Shown: piece by piece, positions 1-12,555 of the stretch
Position numbering within the stretch: position 1 is the first letter of the stretch
Layout of the letters: every line of letters starts with the position of its first letter
From: Lysobacterales bacterium
GTDB taxonomy: Bacteria; Pseudomonadota; Gammaproteobacteria; Xanthomonadales; Rhodanobacteraceae
Direction of reading: 5' to 3'
Assembly: GCA_017305055.1 (NCBI GenBank)
Contig: JAFKMZ010000008.1
Span: forward strand, 111,990-175,989
Length of the DNA stretch: 64,000 nt
The notes under the pieces: generated by a model
What the model was told of the DNA's origin: nothing
The model's database searches: none
What the model saw: only the letters and a program-made list of their open reading frames with translations
Position numbers and translations under genes: made by a program

Positions 1-3270
<3,270 letters not shown>

Positions 3271-3366
3271 CGTGTTGAAACGCGGCATCGACCTGTCTCA
3301 GGGTCGATGCCGCAAGCCAGGCGCGACGACTGGTGGGCCGCCACTTCGACTGCAATTCGCGTATTC

Positions 3367-4716
3367 ATGGAAACCAATGCAATGTCTGACTTGATCGGGG
3401 TGTTTGCGGTATTGGTGCTGGTCGCGGCCAATGGGTTCTTCGTGGCATCAGAGTTCTCGCTCGTCGCCGTTCGACGTAGCCGGGTGGCCGAACTGGTCGC
3501 CAGCGGACGCATGAACGCAAAGGCGCTGCTGCGCACGGTCGACCACCTGGACGCGAGCCTTGCGGCCACCCAGCTCGGTATCACGCTGTCGTCGCTGGCG
3601 CTGGGCTGGATCGGCGAGCCGGCGCTTTCGCACCTGGTCGAGCCCCTGCTCGCCGGCTGGGCGGGCTCGTTTGCAGCTGCTGGCTCGCATGCGATTGCCG
3701 TGGCAATCGCCTTCAGCCTGATCACAGTGCTGCATATCGTGCTGGGCGAGTTGGCGCCCAAGAGCCTGGCCCTGCAACGCAGCGAAAGCACGGCGCTCTG
3801 GGTCGTGCGCCCGCTGGGACTGTTCCTGTTCGTGTTCAAGCCGGCAATCCTGCTGCTCAATGGCTTGGGCAACCTCGTGCTGCGGTTGTTCGGACTGAAG
3901 CCAGGGGCGGGTGAGGAATCGCTGCACTCGGCCGAGGAACTGAAGCTGTTGATCTCCGCCAGCCAAGAGGCAGGGATTCTGCAGCGGGCGCAGCAGGAAG
4001 TGGTTGAGCGCGTGTTCAACATGGGCGACCGTCCGATCGGCGACATCATGACACCGCGAACCGAAATCGACTGGGTCGATGCGGACGATCCGCCGGAAGA
4101 GATCCTTGCCGCTGTCCGTGCCTGTCCGCACGACCAGATCCTGGTGGGGCGTGACGGCATTGACGAGCCGCTGGGCATGATCGTGAAGCACGACCTGTTG
4201 CACCAGGTGCTCGACGGTCACCGGCCCGATCCGCTGGCGACCATCCGCCAGCCACTGGTGATCCCGGAAGGCACACCAATCTTCAGGTTGCTCGAACGCT
4301 TCCACACCACGCCGGTACGCATGGCGATGGTGCTGAACGAATACGGCGTACTGGAGGGCATCGTCACTCAGACCGATTTGCTGGAGGCCATCGCCGGCCA
4401 CCTGCCGGAAGCCGAAGACGAGGCACCCGACATCGTCGAGTGCGAGGACGGCAGCGTTCTCATCGACGGCATGACGTCCGCGGTGGAGGCCTTCGAGCGG
4501 CTCGGCCTGCGCCGGCCTGCCGCGGAGAGCGGCTATCACACCATCGCCGGCTTTGCGCTGTTCCAATTCCAGCGCCTACCCCAAGTAGGCGAGTCCTTCG
4601 AGTACGAAGACTGGCGCTTCAAAATCATCAATACCGATGGGCACCGCATTGACAAGGTCATGGCTTCGCGGCTGCCCAAGGCGGCGGGGGACGACTTCGA
4701 TCATGAGACCGGCTGA
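3367..4716 (+). CDS. HlyC/CorC (CNNM/TlyC) family transporter: DUF21 membrane domain + CBS pair + CorC_HlyC domain
   Basis: The N-terminal part has TM helices (FFVASEFSLVAVRRSRV is a DUF21 signature). The middle is a CBS-like region (IMTPRTEIDWV...) and the C-terminal is a CorC_HlyC-like domain (GYHTIAGFALFQFQRLPQVGESFEYEDWRFKI). The start is chosen at METNAM; 3307 and 3382 are alternatives. Confidence 0.85.
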   Translation: METNAMSDLIGVFAVLVLVAANGFFVASEFSLVAVRRSRVAELVASGRMNAKALLRTVDHLDASLAATQLGITLSSLALGWIGEPALSHLVEPLLAGWAGSFAAAGSHAIAVAIAFSLITVLHIVLGELAPKSLALQRSESTALWVVRPLGLFLFVFKPAILLLNGLGNLVLRLFGLKPGAGEESLHSAEELKLLISASQEAGILQRAQQEVVERVFNMGDRPIGDIMTPRTEIDWVDADDPPEEILAAVRACPHDQILVGRDGIDEPLGMIVKHDLLHQVLDGHRPDPLATIRQPLVIPEGTPIFRLLERFHTTPVRMAMVLNEYGVLEGIVTQTDLLEAIAGHLPEAEDEAPDIVECEDGSVLIDGMTSAVEAFERLGLRRPAAESGYHTIAGFALFQFQRLPQVGESFEYEDWRFKIINTDGHRIDKVMASRLPKAAGDDFDHETG

Positions 4717-4740
4717 TGCGCGTTTCGTGCCGTGCCGGCG

Positions 4741-5766
4741 TCAGGAGCGCGACTGCATGATGCGCAGAACCGGATGCCCCTGCACATCTTTCAGCGGAAA
4801 GTAGGCGCGGTGCGTGGTTGGATCCACTGCCACGACATGAGCATTGGGACCAAGCCACGCGGTTCCAGAGGCGCTGACCCTTTGGCCTTGTACTTTGAAC
4901 ACGGAGACCTGACCCGATTCGCCAGCGACATACAGCCAGCCGAGTTTTGCATCGAACGCCAGTACGTCCGGATCCTTCGCGACGTCGAACGATGCCAGCA
5001 CCTGATGGCTGGCCACGTCCAGGACCACCAGTTTGTTGTTGCCTTCGCAAGCGATGAAGGCAATCCGCGCCGGTGCGTCGATGTAGAGGCCATGGTTGCC
5101 CCTTGCACCCGGCAGGTCGATCCGCGCGATCACCTTGTCGGCCACCGGGTCGATCTCCACCAGTTGATCGTGTGTCTGCGCATTGGCGAAGATGTGCCGC
5201 GATGTCGAGTCATACTGCGTGTTCCCGACTTCCCCGCCTAGTGGAATGGTGGCGATGCGCCTGTTGCTCGCCGTATCAATGACCGTGTCGGTGCCACCGT
5301 GCTCGTCAGACACATAGAGTTTGTGCACGTCGGGTGCATAAGCCATACCGTCCGAGTAATCGCCACCGGGCATGCGCGCGACGATCTTGAGAGTCCTGGT
5401 GTCGATCGCGACCACTTCATTGGTTCCGGTCGCTGACGCATAGACGCGATCCAGTTGCGGCACGTAGAGCACCCCGTGCACTTGACTGATGCCGGGGATG
5501 GTCGCGATGACCTTGCGTTGCGCCGTATCGAACACCACGACCGCGCTGTCGCCAAGATGCGCGAGGAAAAGGTGATGGCGTCGTGTATCGAGGCTGGCGT
5601 AATCCCAGCGCGTTGTATTGCCTGGCAGCGGCACGTCAGCGACCGTGGTCAACGGCAGTTGGCGGGCCGGATTGCCAGCATGGCCGCACACAGGCAGGGA
5701 TACGGCGAGTACTAGGAGAACGCCAAGCACCCAGCCTCGATAGAAATGGTTTGCAAGAGTTTTCAT
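4741..5766 (-). CDS. Secreted YncE/YVTN-like beta-propeller repeat protein
   Basis: It has a signal peptide (MKTLANHFYRGWVLGVLLVLAVSLPVCGHA). Repeated units of the type 'LYV..., ...V.VID....K.IA.I.' recur through the protein, as in 7-bladed YncE-type propellers. Confidence 0.7.
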   Translation of the reverse strand: MKTLANHFYRGWVLGVLLVLAVSLPVCGHAGNPARQLPLTTVADVPLPGNTTRWDYASLDTRRHHLFLAHLGDSAVVVFDTAQRKVIATIPGISQVHGVLYVPQLDRVYASATGTNEVVAIDTRTLKIVARMPGGDYSDGMAYAPDVHKLYVSDEHGGTDTVIDTASNRRIATIPLGGEVGNTQYDSTSRHIFANAQTHDQLVEIDPVADKVIARIDLPGARGNHGLYIDAPARIAFIACEGNNKLVVLDVASHQVLASFDVAKDPDVLAFDAKLGWLYVAGESGQVSVFKVQGQRVSASGTAWLGPNAHVVAVDPTTHRAYFPLKDVQGHPVLRIMQSRS

Positions 5767-5806
5767 TCACCGGCGCTCATTGCAAAAAAGGATCATACGC
5801 CCGTTA

Positions 5807-7078
5807 TCACGCTCGCCGTTCTTCCGGCGGCGTATGGTGCCGGAACTGCGCCAGCAGCAGGAAGTCATAGACGATCTTCAGGCTGCCACAGATCAATAGC
5901 GGCCAGGCGAACGCGTAGACCGCGAACAATGCGCCTGCCATTGCCGGGCTCGCGGCCGAAGCGAGACTGCGCGGCACGGAGGTGAAGCTCGCGGCAGCAG
6001 GCCGTTCGGCCTCGGTCACCACCGCCATCACGTAGGACGAGCGGGTTGGCACGTCCATCTGCGAGAGCGCGGCACGGACCAGCAGCAACGCCAGGGCAAA
6101 TCCCAGCGTGGGCGCCAGCGCGGCCAGGATCAGCGCGATGCTGGACGGGATATGCGTGAACACCATCGTATTGACTAGCCCAAAGCGTCGCGACAGCCGT
6201 GCCGCCACCGGATACGACAGCGCCGCCAGCAAACTGGCGCAGAAAAAAAACACGCCGGCGGCGGGGAGCGAGAGATGAAACCGCTGGAACAGCCACAGGG
6301 CGAGCAGCGACTGCACCACGAAGCCGCCCGCGAACGCATCCAGGCTGAACAGTGCGGCCAGCCTGATCACGATGGAACGCGAAGGCCCGAGCGCCGCCCG
6401 GGGTACCCGACCTATGGGAATCTGTCGTTGCGGCAATCGTGCGTAGAGGAAACGGGCAACCACGCCGAGCAATGCATACAGGACGAACATCCCGCGCATC
6501 GCGTTTAGCCGATCGAGTCCGAGCAGTGCCGCCAGCCCCGGCGCCCCCGCAACCAGCGCACCCACCGCCGCGGCCAACGCTCCGGCCACGCTGTAAAACG
6601 CAAACACCCGCGTGCGGTCCTGGTCACCCGCTTCGTGCGCCAGCGCTGCGTGTTCCAAGGGCACGAACACACTAACGTTGCCGGCGGACGGGTTGATCGT
6701 GCCCGCGAAGGCGATTGCCAGCAACACCACATAATCACGGGAGGCAGCGAACGCGAGTCCGGAGGCCACCATCAGCCCGGCCGCGATCAGCAGCAGCCGG
6801 CGATAGCCGTAGCGTGATCCCAGCAGGCCCGCGCCGATCGTCAGGCAGGCCGAACCCGATAATGACACCGTGGCGAGCACACCCACCGCCAGTGGCGTGA
6901 AGCCCAACGCCAGAAGGTAAGCCGGCAGCAGGATCGCGACGAAGCTGTCGCCAAAGTCGCGCAATGCGCGCGCGGCAAACAAACAATTCATTGGATTGAG
7001 TGCCCGTCCGGGCGCCCCGGCGACTTCGTTCATCGAAGCACCCATGGGTCCACAGCACTTGTGACATGGGTGTAGCAT
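5807..7078 (-). CDS. MFS transporter
   Basis: About 12 hydrophobic helices and an MFS-like loop (GSRYGYRRLLL). It is divergent from chrB. The real start may be MNEVAG at 7033. Confidence 0.75.
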   Translation of the reverse strand: MLHPCHKCCGPMGASMNEVAGAPGRALNPMNCLFAARALRDFGDSFVAILLPAYLLALGFTPLAVGVLATVSLSGSACLTIGAGLLGSRYGYRRLLLIAAGLMVASGLAFAASRDYVVLLAIAFAGTINPSAGNVSVFVPLEHAALAHEAGDQDRTRVFAFYSVAGALAAAVGALVAGAPGLAALLGLDRLNAMRGMFVLYALLGVVARFLYARLPQRQIPIGRVPRAALGPSRSIVIRLAALFSLDAFAGGFVVQSLLALWLFQRFHLSLPAAGVFFFCASLLAALSYPVAARLSRRFGLVNTMVFTHIPSSIALILAALAPTLGFALALLLVRAALSQMDVPTRSSYVMAVVTEAERPAAASFTSVPRSLASAASPAMAGALFAVYAFAWPLLICGSLKIVYDFLLLAQFRHHTPPEERRA

Positions 7079-7085
7079 ACGCTAC

Positions 7086-8057
7086 ATGGACGTAAAGCTA
7101 TCCACCTGGTTGATGCTGGTGGTGTCGCTGCCGGGGCGCAGCCAGACACTCCGCATGCGGTTGTGGCGAGCGCTCAAGGGCGCCGGCGCGGCGATGCTCC
7201 GCGACGGCGTATACGTGCTGCCCGAAAGCGATGGAGCGCAGGTGCTTTTCAAGGCCCAGGTTGGCGAGGCAAACCAGGCCGGCGGCAGCGCGCACGTGGT
7301 GCCGTTCACCTCGACCGATCCCAGTCAGGAGGCCGAATTGCGTGCTGCCTTCGATCGTACGCAGGCTTATGCGCGAGGACTCGAAAGTTTGGCGGTCTTG
7401 CGTCGTGGCTTGCGGCAACTTGGCGAGGCCGAGGCGCGCAAGCGAATCGCCGCCGCCCGGCGCGAGCTGGAGGCGGTTGCCGCGATCGACTTCTTTCCGG
7501 GCGCGGCACGGGCACGGGTGGAGACCACGCTGACCGACCTTGAGCACGCGCTCAACGCACAGTTCGCGCCCGACGAACCACACGGAAAGAAAACGGCGAT
7601 TCCGCATTGCCGCATGCAGGATTACCGAGGCCGTGTGTGGGCCACCCGCCGGCATTTATGGATCGACCGCGTCGCCTCGGCTTGGCTGATCCGCCGCTTC
7701 ATCGATCCACGCGCGGAATTTCGTTGGCTGAAGAAGCCGGCCGCTTGCCCAAAGCATATCGTGGGGTTCGATTTTGACGGTGCCCAGTTCAGCCACGTCG
7801 GTGCGCGCGTGACCTTCGAGGTGCTGGCGGCCAGCTTCGGCCTGGACCGCGATCCACGCCTGGCGCGGCTGGGGCGCCTGATCGGTTACCTGGACATCGG
7901 CGGTGTACCCGTGGCCGATGCCGCCGGTTTCGCCAGCGTCATGGCGGGTGCACGCGCCCGGCACGGCGAGGACGACAACGCGCTGCTGGCAGACATGTCG
8001 ACCGTGCTCGACTGTCTGTATGCGGCGTACTCCGAAACGGAAGGAGGGTCACCATGA
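7086..8057 (+). CDS. chrB: Chromate resistance regulator ChrB
   Basis: N-terminal ChrB domain (LPGRSQTLRMRLWRALKGAGAAMLRDGVYVLPES) plus a C-terminal ChrB_C domain (HLWIDRVASAWLIRRFIDP...). It is the first gene of an operon that ends in chrA. Confidence 0.85.
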   Translation: MDVKLSTWLMLVVSLPGRSQTLRMRLWRALKGAGAAMLRDGVYVLPESDGAQVLFKAQVGEANQAGGSAHVVPFTSTDPSQEAELRAAFDRTQAYARGLESLAVLRRGLRQLGEAEARKRIAAARRELEAVAAIDFFPGAARARVETTLTDLEHALNAQFAPDEPHGKKTAIPHCRMQDYRGRVWATRRHLWIDRVASAWLIRRFIDPRAEFRWLKKPAACPKHIVGFDFDGAQFSHVGARVTFEVLAASFGLDRDPRLARLGRLIGYLDIGGVPVADAAGFASVMAGARARHGEDDNALLADMSTVLDCLYAAYSETEGGSP

Positions 8058-8980
8058 ATGTCGATATTTCAAAACTCGCTGCACGCTCATCGTGGATGTT
8101 GTTGGTTGTCGCGGGGCTGACCCTTGCATGTGGTTCCGCGGCCGCCGCTGCGCTGGATGCCGCGGCGATCAGCCAGGCGGCGGGAGTAAAGGCAATGACC
8201 CAGAAGGACGGCGTGGTGAAGATCGGTTGGAGCCGTAGCGATGTGGCAGTCACCGTGGACGGCATGCGGTTGGCGCCGGCCGCGGGCTTGGGCTCCTGGG
8301 CCGCGTTCGCGCCGATGGGCAACCAGGCGATGGTGATGGGCGACACGGTGGTGTTCCAGGACGAAGTGGATGCGGCGATGGATGCCGCGTTCGCGCATGG
8401 CCTCAAGGTGACCGGCCTGCACAATCACTTCTTCTACGACCAGCCCAAGGTGTATTTCATGCACATCGAGGGCGAGGACGCCGCGACCGCACTCGCTTCC
8501 GACGTCAAGGCCGTGTGGGATGCGATCAAGGCGGTGCGTGCGGCCCATCCTCAACCCGCTGAGGGGTTCGGCGGCATGGTGCCGAAACCAGGCAAACTCG
8601 ATGCCGATGCGCTCGCCCGGATCGTGGGCCATCCAGCGGAGGCCAACAACGGTTTCCCAAAGATCACTATTGGGGCTACCGGCCGCATGCGCGGTCAATC
8701 CCTCGGTGCCTCAATGGGACTGACTACCTGGGCGGCGTTCAGCGGCAGCGATCAGCTCGCGGCGATGGATGGCGACTTCATCATGCGCGCCGATGAAGTG
8801 CAACCCGTCCTGCGGGCCTTGCGCAAGGCAGGCATCCATATTGTCGCCTTGCACAACCATATGATCGGCACGCAGCCGGATTTCTACTTCACCCACTTCT
8901 GGGGCAAGGGCAAGGTCGTCGACCTGGCGCGCGGATTCCGCGTTGCGCTGGATGCGCAAGCGGCCGTGGCGAAGCCTTGA
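8054..8980 (+). CDS. DUF1259 (LppY/LpqO-like) secreted protein
   Basis: Signal peptide plus an internal duplication with GLHNHF / ALHNHM motifs, characteristic of DUF1259. The start overlaps the chrB stop (ATGA at 8054-8057). Confidence 0.75.
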   Translation: MNVDISKLAARSSWMLLVVAGLTLACGSAAAAALDAAAISQAAGVKAMTQKDGVVKIGWSRSDVAVTVDGMRLAPAAGLGSWAAFAPMGNQAMVMGDTVVFQDEVDAAMDAAFAHGLKVTGLHNHFFYDQPKVYFMHIEGEDAATALASDVKAVWDAIKAVRAAHPQPAEGFGGMVPKPGKLDADALARIVGHPAEANNGFPKITIGATGRMRGQSLGASMGLTTWAAFSGSDQLAAMDGDFIMRADEVQPVLRALRKAGIHIVALHNHMIGTQPDFYFTHFWGKGKVVDLARGFRVALDAQAAVAKP

Positions 8981-8992
8981 TATTGTTGGCCG

Positions 8993-11149
8993 GTGTTACT
9001 CGCCATGACCCTCGCCTCAGCCCTGGCCGGATCGACGCCGGTCGCCGCATCCGCGCAGCCGGCGCAGGTTCAAGCGGTCCAGGTGCCGCAGGGCGCCCTC
9101 GTGCTCGATGGCGCCCTGAATGAACCGGCATGGCAGCAAGCGCCCGTGCTGAAACTGACCCAGCAAGACCCGCATCCGGGTCAGGCCACGCCTTATGTCA
9201 CCACGGTGCGGGTGCTGCGGGACAGTACTCATCTTTACTTCGGCGTGATCTGCACTGATCCGGACCTCGCAAGCTTGGCGATGCATTCGCTGGAGCGCGA
9301 CAGCATTCAGAAGCACGACGATCACGTCACGATCGTACTCGATACCCTCGATACCCATCACTTGGGCTATGTGTTCCAGATCAATGCCGGCGGCACGCGC
9401 ACGGACGGACTGATGTCGCCGGCTTCGAGCGATCCAAATTACGACTGGGACGGCATCTGGAACGCGAAGGTGCGGCGCACCGCGACCGGTTGGACGGCCG
9501 AAATCGCGATCGACGTGCGCGGCCTGCAAATCGGGAAAGGAGCTGATGTCTGGGGACTCAACATCCAGCGCTACGTCCCCCGCGACCAACTCAGCCTGCA
9601 ATGGACCGGCATCAGCCTGGACGCCTCGATCTTCGATTTGACGCGCACGGGATCGCTCACGGGAGTGGGTGATTTTGAACAAGGTCACGGCCTCGAAATC
9701 ACTCCTTACGCGCTGGTGCGCCACGATAGCGTCGGCAATCGCAGCGCAGGCCAGGTCGGCGGTGACGTGCGTTATCACTTGACGCCCGGCATCACCGCCA
9801 CGCTGACCTTCAATCCGGATTTCGCCGAAGCCGAAGCCGACACGCAGCAAGTCAACCTGACCCGCTTCTCGCTGTTTTTTCCCGAAAAGCGGCGTTTTTT
9901 TGCGGAAGGTGCCAACATTTTCACCTTCGGCGCCGGGCTGGTCGACAACGACACGTTCATTCCGTATTACTCACGTCGCATCGGGCTGGTAAACAGCGAG
10001 CCGGTACGCGTGGACGCCGGTGCCAAGATCCTGGGTAGTGATGGGCCGTGGACAATCGGCGCGCTGGGCGTGCAGATGGGTCCTTCGAATGTCGGTGCCC
10101 CCACCAAGCTGTTCGTCGGTCGTCTGACCTACGATGTCGATGACCATCTGCGCATCGGCACCTTGCTGACCCACGGTGATCCGACTGGAGCGACAAACAA
10201 CAGTTTCACCGGCGTGGATGCGGTTTGGCACACCTCCACATTCCAGGGCGACAAGAATCTGATCCTATCGGGCTGGTCCGCACGCTCCAGCGATCCGTTG
10301 CCCGGAAATCATGCCGGCTGGGGCGTGTTCGCGAGCTACCCCAACGACCTATGGAGCGGCTACTTCAGCTTCAACCGATTCGGCGATGCGCTGGACCCTG
10401 CGCTCGGCTTCCTGCCGCGACCCGGAACGCGTCAGTACGACGCCTACGTCGAGTATGCGCCGCGCCCCACCAGCCAGTGGCTGCGCTGGACACGGCAATT
10501 CTTCTACCAGTTCGAGTGGCAGCAGGTGGACGACCTGCACGGCACGACACAGACGCGCCGCGTCTTCACCGCACCGTTCAATGTGAGGTCCGCATCGGAC
10601 GCGCACTTTGAATTCGACTGGATTCCCGATTACGAAGCCTTGAGCGAACCGTTCGCGATCGCCAAGGGCGTTACCTTGCCGATCGGCCGCTATCACTTCT
10701 CCCGCTATCGCTTCGAGACGCAATCGTCCTACGCCCGGCAGTGGCAGATCGGCAACGTACTGGAAATCGGCAGTTTCTACGACGGCCATCTGACCCAAAT
10801 CCAGCCGTTCGTGAACTGGACCACGCCGAATGGCAAGCTGAGCCTTCAACTGCAGAACGAAACCGATTTCGGTTATCTGCGCGTCGGCAATTTCATCCAG
10901 CGCCTTTACGTGCTCAAGGTCGCTTATTCCTTCAACCCCGACCTGACTGTCTCGACGCTCGCGCAATACGATTCAACGCTCGGGCACACGGGGGTCAATC
11001 TGCGCCTGCACTGGATCCTCTCGCCCGGACGTGATTTCTTTCTTGTGCTCAACCGTGGCATCAAAGCCTCCGTGACCGACCCGAACGCGCGGGTGCAGCC
11101 CATCTCCAACGAAGTGATCGCCAAGCTGAGTTGGGATTTCATCCAATGA
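8993..11149 (+). CDS. Large secreted CBM9-like/DUF5916 family protein, possibly outer-membrane associated
   Basis: 718 aa with a GTG start and a short signal-like N-terminus ending AASA|QPA. The LDGALNEPAWQQAP motif is typical of the CBM9-like N-domain of DUF5916 proteins. The C-terminal is beta-rich and ends in an aromatic-rich stretch (KLSWDFIQ). Confidence 0.6.
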   Translation: MLLAMTLASALAGSTPVAASAQPAQVQAVQVPQGALVLDGALNEPAWQQAPVLKLTQQDPHPGQATPYVTTVRVLRDSTHLYFGVICTDPDLASLAMHSLERDSIQKHDDHVTIVLDTLDTHHLGYVFQINAGGTRTDGLMSPASSDPNYDWDGIWNAKVRRTATGWTAEIAIDVRGLQIGKGADVWGLNIQRYVPRDQLSLQWTGISLDASIFDLTRTGSLTGVGDFEQGHGLEITPYALVRHDSVGNRSAGQVGGDVRYHLTPGITATLTFNPDFAEAEADTQQVNLTRFSLFFPEKRRFFAEGANIFTFGAGLVDNDTFIPYYSRRIGLVNSEPVRVDAGAKILGSDGPWTIGALGVQMGPSNVGAPTKLFVGRLTYDVDDHLRIGTLLTHGDPTGATNNSFTGVDAVWHTSTFQGDKNLILSGWSARSSDPLPGNHAGWGVFASYPNDLWSGYFSFNRFGDALDPALGFLPRPGTRQYDAYVEYAPRPTSQWLRWTRQFFYQFEWQQVDDLHGTTQTRRVFTAPFNVRSASDAHFEFDWIPDYEALSEPFAIAKGVTLPIGRYHFSRYRFETQSSYARQWQIGNVLEIGSFYDGHLTQIQPFVNWTTPNGKLSLQLQNETDFGYLRVGNFIQRLYVLKVAYSFNPDLTVSTLAQYDSTLGHTGVNLRLHWILSPGRDFFLVLNRGIKASVTDPNARVQPISNEVIAKLSWDFIQ

Positions 11150-12540
11150 TCGTGCCGGCTCCCGCCCCCCCATCTGATCCGGCGGCGCTTCCGGTTTCAC
11201 TGCGCGAAGCGACGCGCGTCTGGGCCAAAGTGGGTCTGATGAGTTTCGGTGGACCGGCGGGGCAGATCGCGGTAATGCATCGAGAACTGGTGGAAACACG
11301 CCGCTGGATCAGCGATGCGCGGTTCCTGCACGCATTGAACTATTGCATGTTGCTGCCGGGCCCCGAGGCGACACAACTCGCGATCTACATCGGCTGGATG
11401 CTGCACCGGACGGTGGGCGGGCTGATCGCGGGCGTCCTGTTCGTGTTACCCGGGTTCATCACTATCCTCGCGCTCAGCATCATCTACGCGTTGTACGGAC
11501 AGGTGCCATGGATTGTTGCGGTGTTCTTCGGGCTGAAGGCCGCCGTGCTCGCGGTGGTGATCGAAGCGGTGTTGCGCATTGGTCGCAAGGCGATCAAGAA
11601 CGGCATCATGCTGGCGATCGCAGTCCTTGCCTTCGTGGCAATCTTCTTCTTCCGGGTGCCATTTCCGTTGATCGTGCTGGGGGCCGGTTTGATCGGCCTG
11701 TTGGGGCGCTGGTGGATGCCGGACAGCTTCCCCACCCCAAGTTCAGCCGCCGCCGATGCCTCGTCGGATTATCTGATCGATCGCCTGCTCGGGCGTGGCG
11801 AACTGCGCCATACCAGGCCTTCCACCGCGCGCGCTGTGCGCGTGCTGGTGGTTTGGCTCGCGATCTGGTGGTTGCCGGTACTGGCGATCATCGGCACGTT
11901 CGGCGCGCAGAGCGTGCTGGCGCGTGAAGGCATCTTCTTCAGCCAGGCGGCGATGGTCACTTTCGGCGGCGCCTACGCGGTGCTGGCCTACATCGCACAA
12001 CGTGCAGTCGGCGGGTTCCACTGGATCTCGGCAGGCCAGATGCTGGATGGGCTGGCCTTGGCCGAAACCACGCCGGGTCCACTGATCATGGTGGTGCAGT
12101 TCGTGGCGTTTCTGGGGGCATATTTCCACCAGACGGGCATGTCACCGATGACCGCTGGAGTGATCGGTTCGATCCTCACCACCTGGGTGACGTTCGCGCC
12201 GTGTTTTCTCTGGATCTTCCTCGGCGCGCCGTACATCGAAGCTTTGCGCAGCAATCGTGCGCTGCACGCGGCACTCTCGGGCGTAACGGCTGCCGTGGTG
12301 GGCGTGATCTTGAACCTGTCGGTCTGGTTTGCCCTGCACACGCTGTTCGGGAAGACGCAACCGATTCGCTACGGCTGGCTGGCCTTCGATTGGCCGCAAT
12401 GGCAGACGATCCATCCCGTCGCGGCCGTGCTCGTGGTTGCCGCACTAATTGCAATGCTGCGCTTCAGGATCGGGATGGGCTGGACGTTGCTGGGCAGCGC
12501 AGTGGCCGGTGCCGCCAGCCTTGCGTTGCGCGTGGCCTGA
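11146..12540 (+). CDS. chrA: Chromate ion transporter ChrA (CHR family, two-domain)
   Basis: Contains LMSFGGPAGQIAVMHRELVE... and a second repeated CHR half (FGGAYAVLAYI...). The ATG at 11146 overlaps the upstream stop (ATGA). The ORF track start at 11131 is an alternative. Confidence 0.9.
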   Translation: MIVPAPAPPSDPAALPVSLREATRVWAKVGLMSFGGPAGQIAVMHRELVETRRWISDARFLHALNYCMLLPGPEATQLAIYIGWMLHRTVGGLIAGVLFVLPGFITILALSIIYALYGQVPWIVAVFFGLKAAVLAVVIEAVLRIGRKAIKNGIMLAIAVLAFVAIFFFRVPFPLIVLGAGLIGLLGRWWMPDSFPTPSSAAADASSDYLIDRLLGRGELRHTRPSTARAVRVLVVWLAIWWLPVLAIIGTFGAQSVLAREGIFFSQAAMVTFGGAYAVLAYIAQRAVGGFHWISAGQMLDGLALAETTPGPLIMVVQFVAFLGAYFHQTGMSPMTAGVIGSILTTWVTFAPCFLWIFLGAPYIEALRSNRALHAALSGVTAAVVGVILNLSVWFALHTLFGKTQPIRYGWLAFDWPQWQTIHPVAAVLVVAALIAMLRFRIGMGWTLLGSAVAGAASLALRVA

Positions 12541-12555
12541 GAAGCGTCGCGTCGC

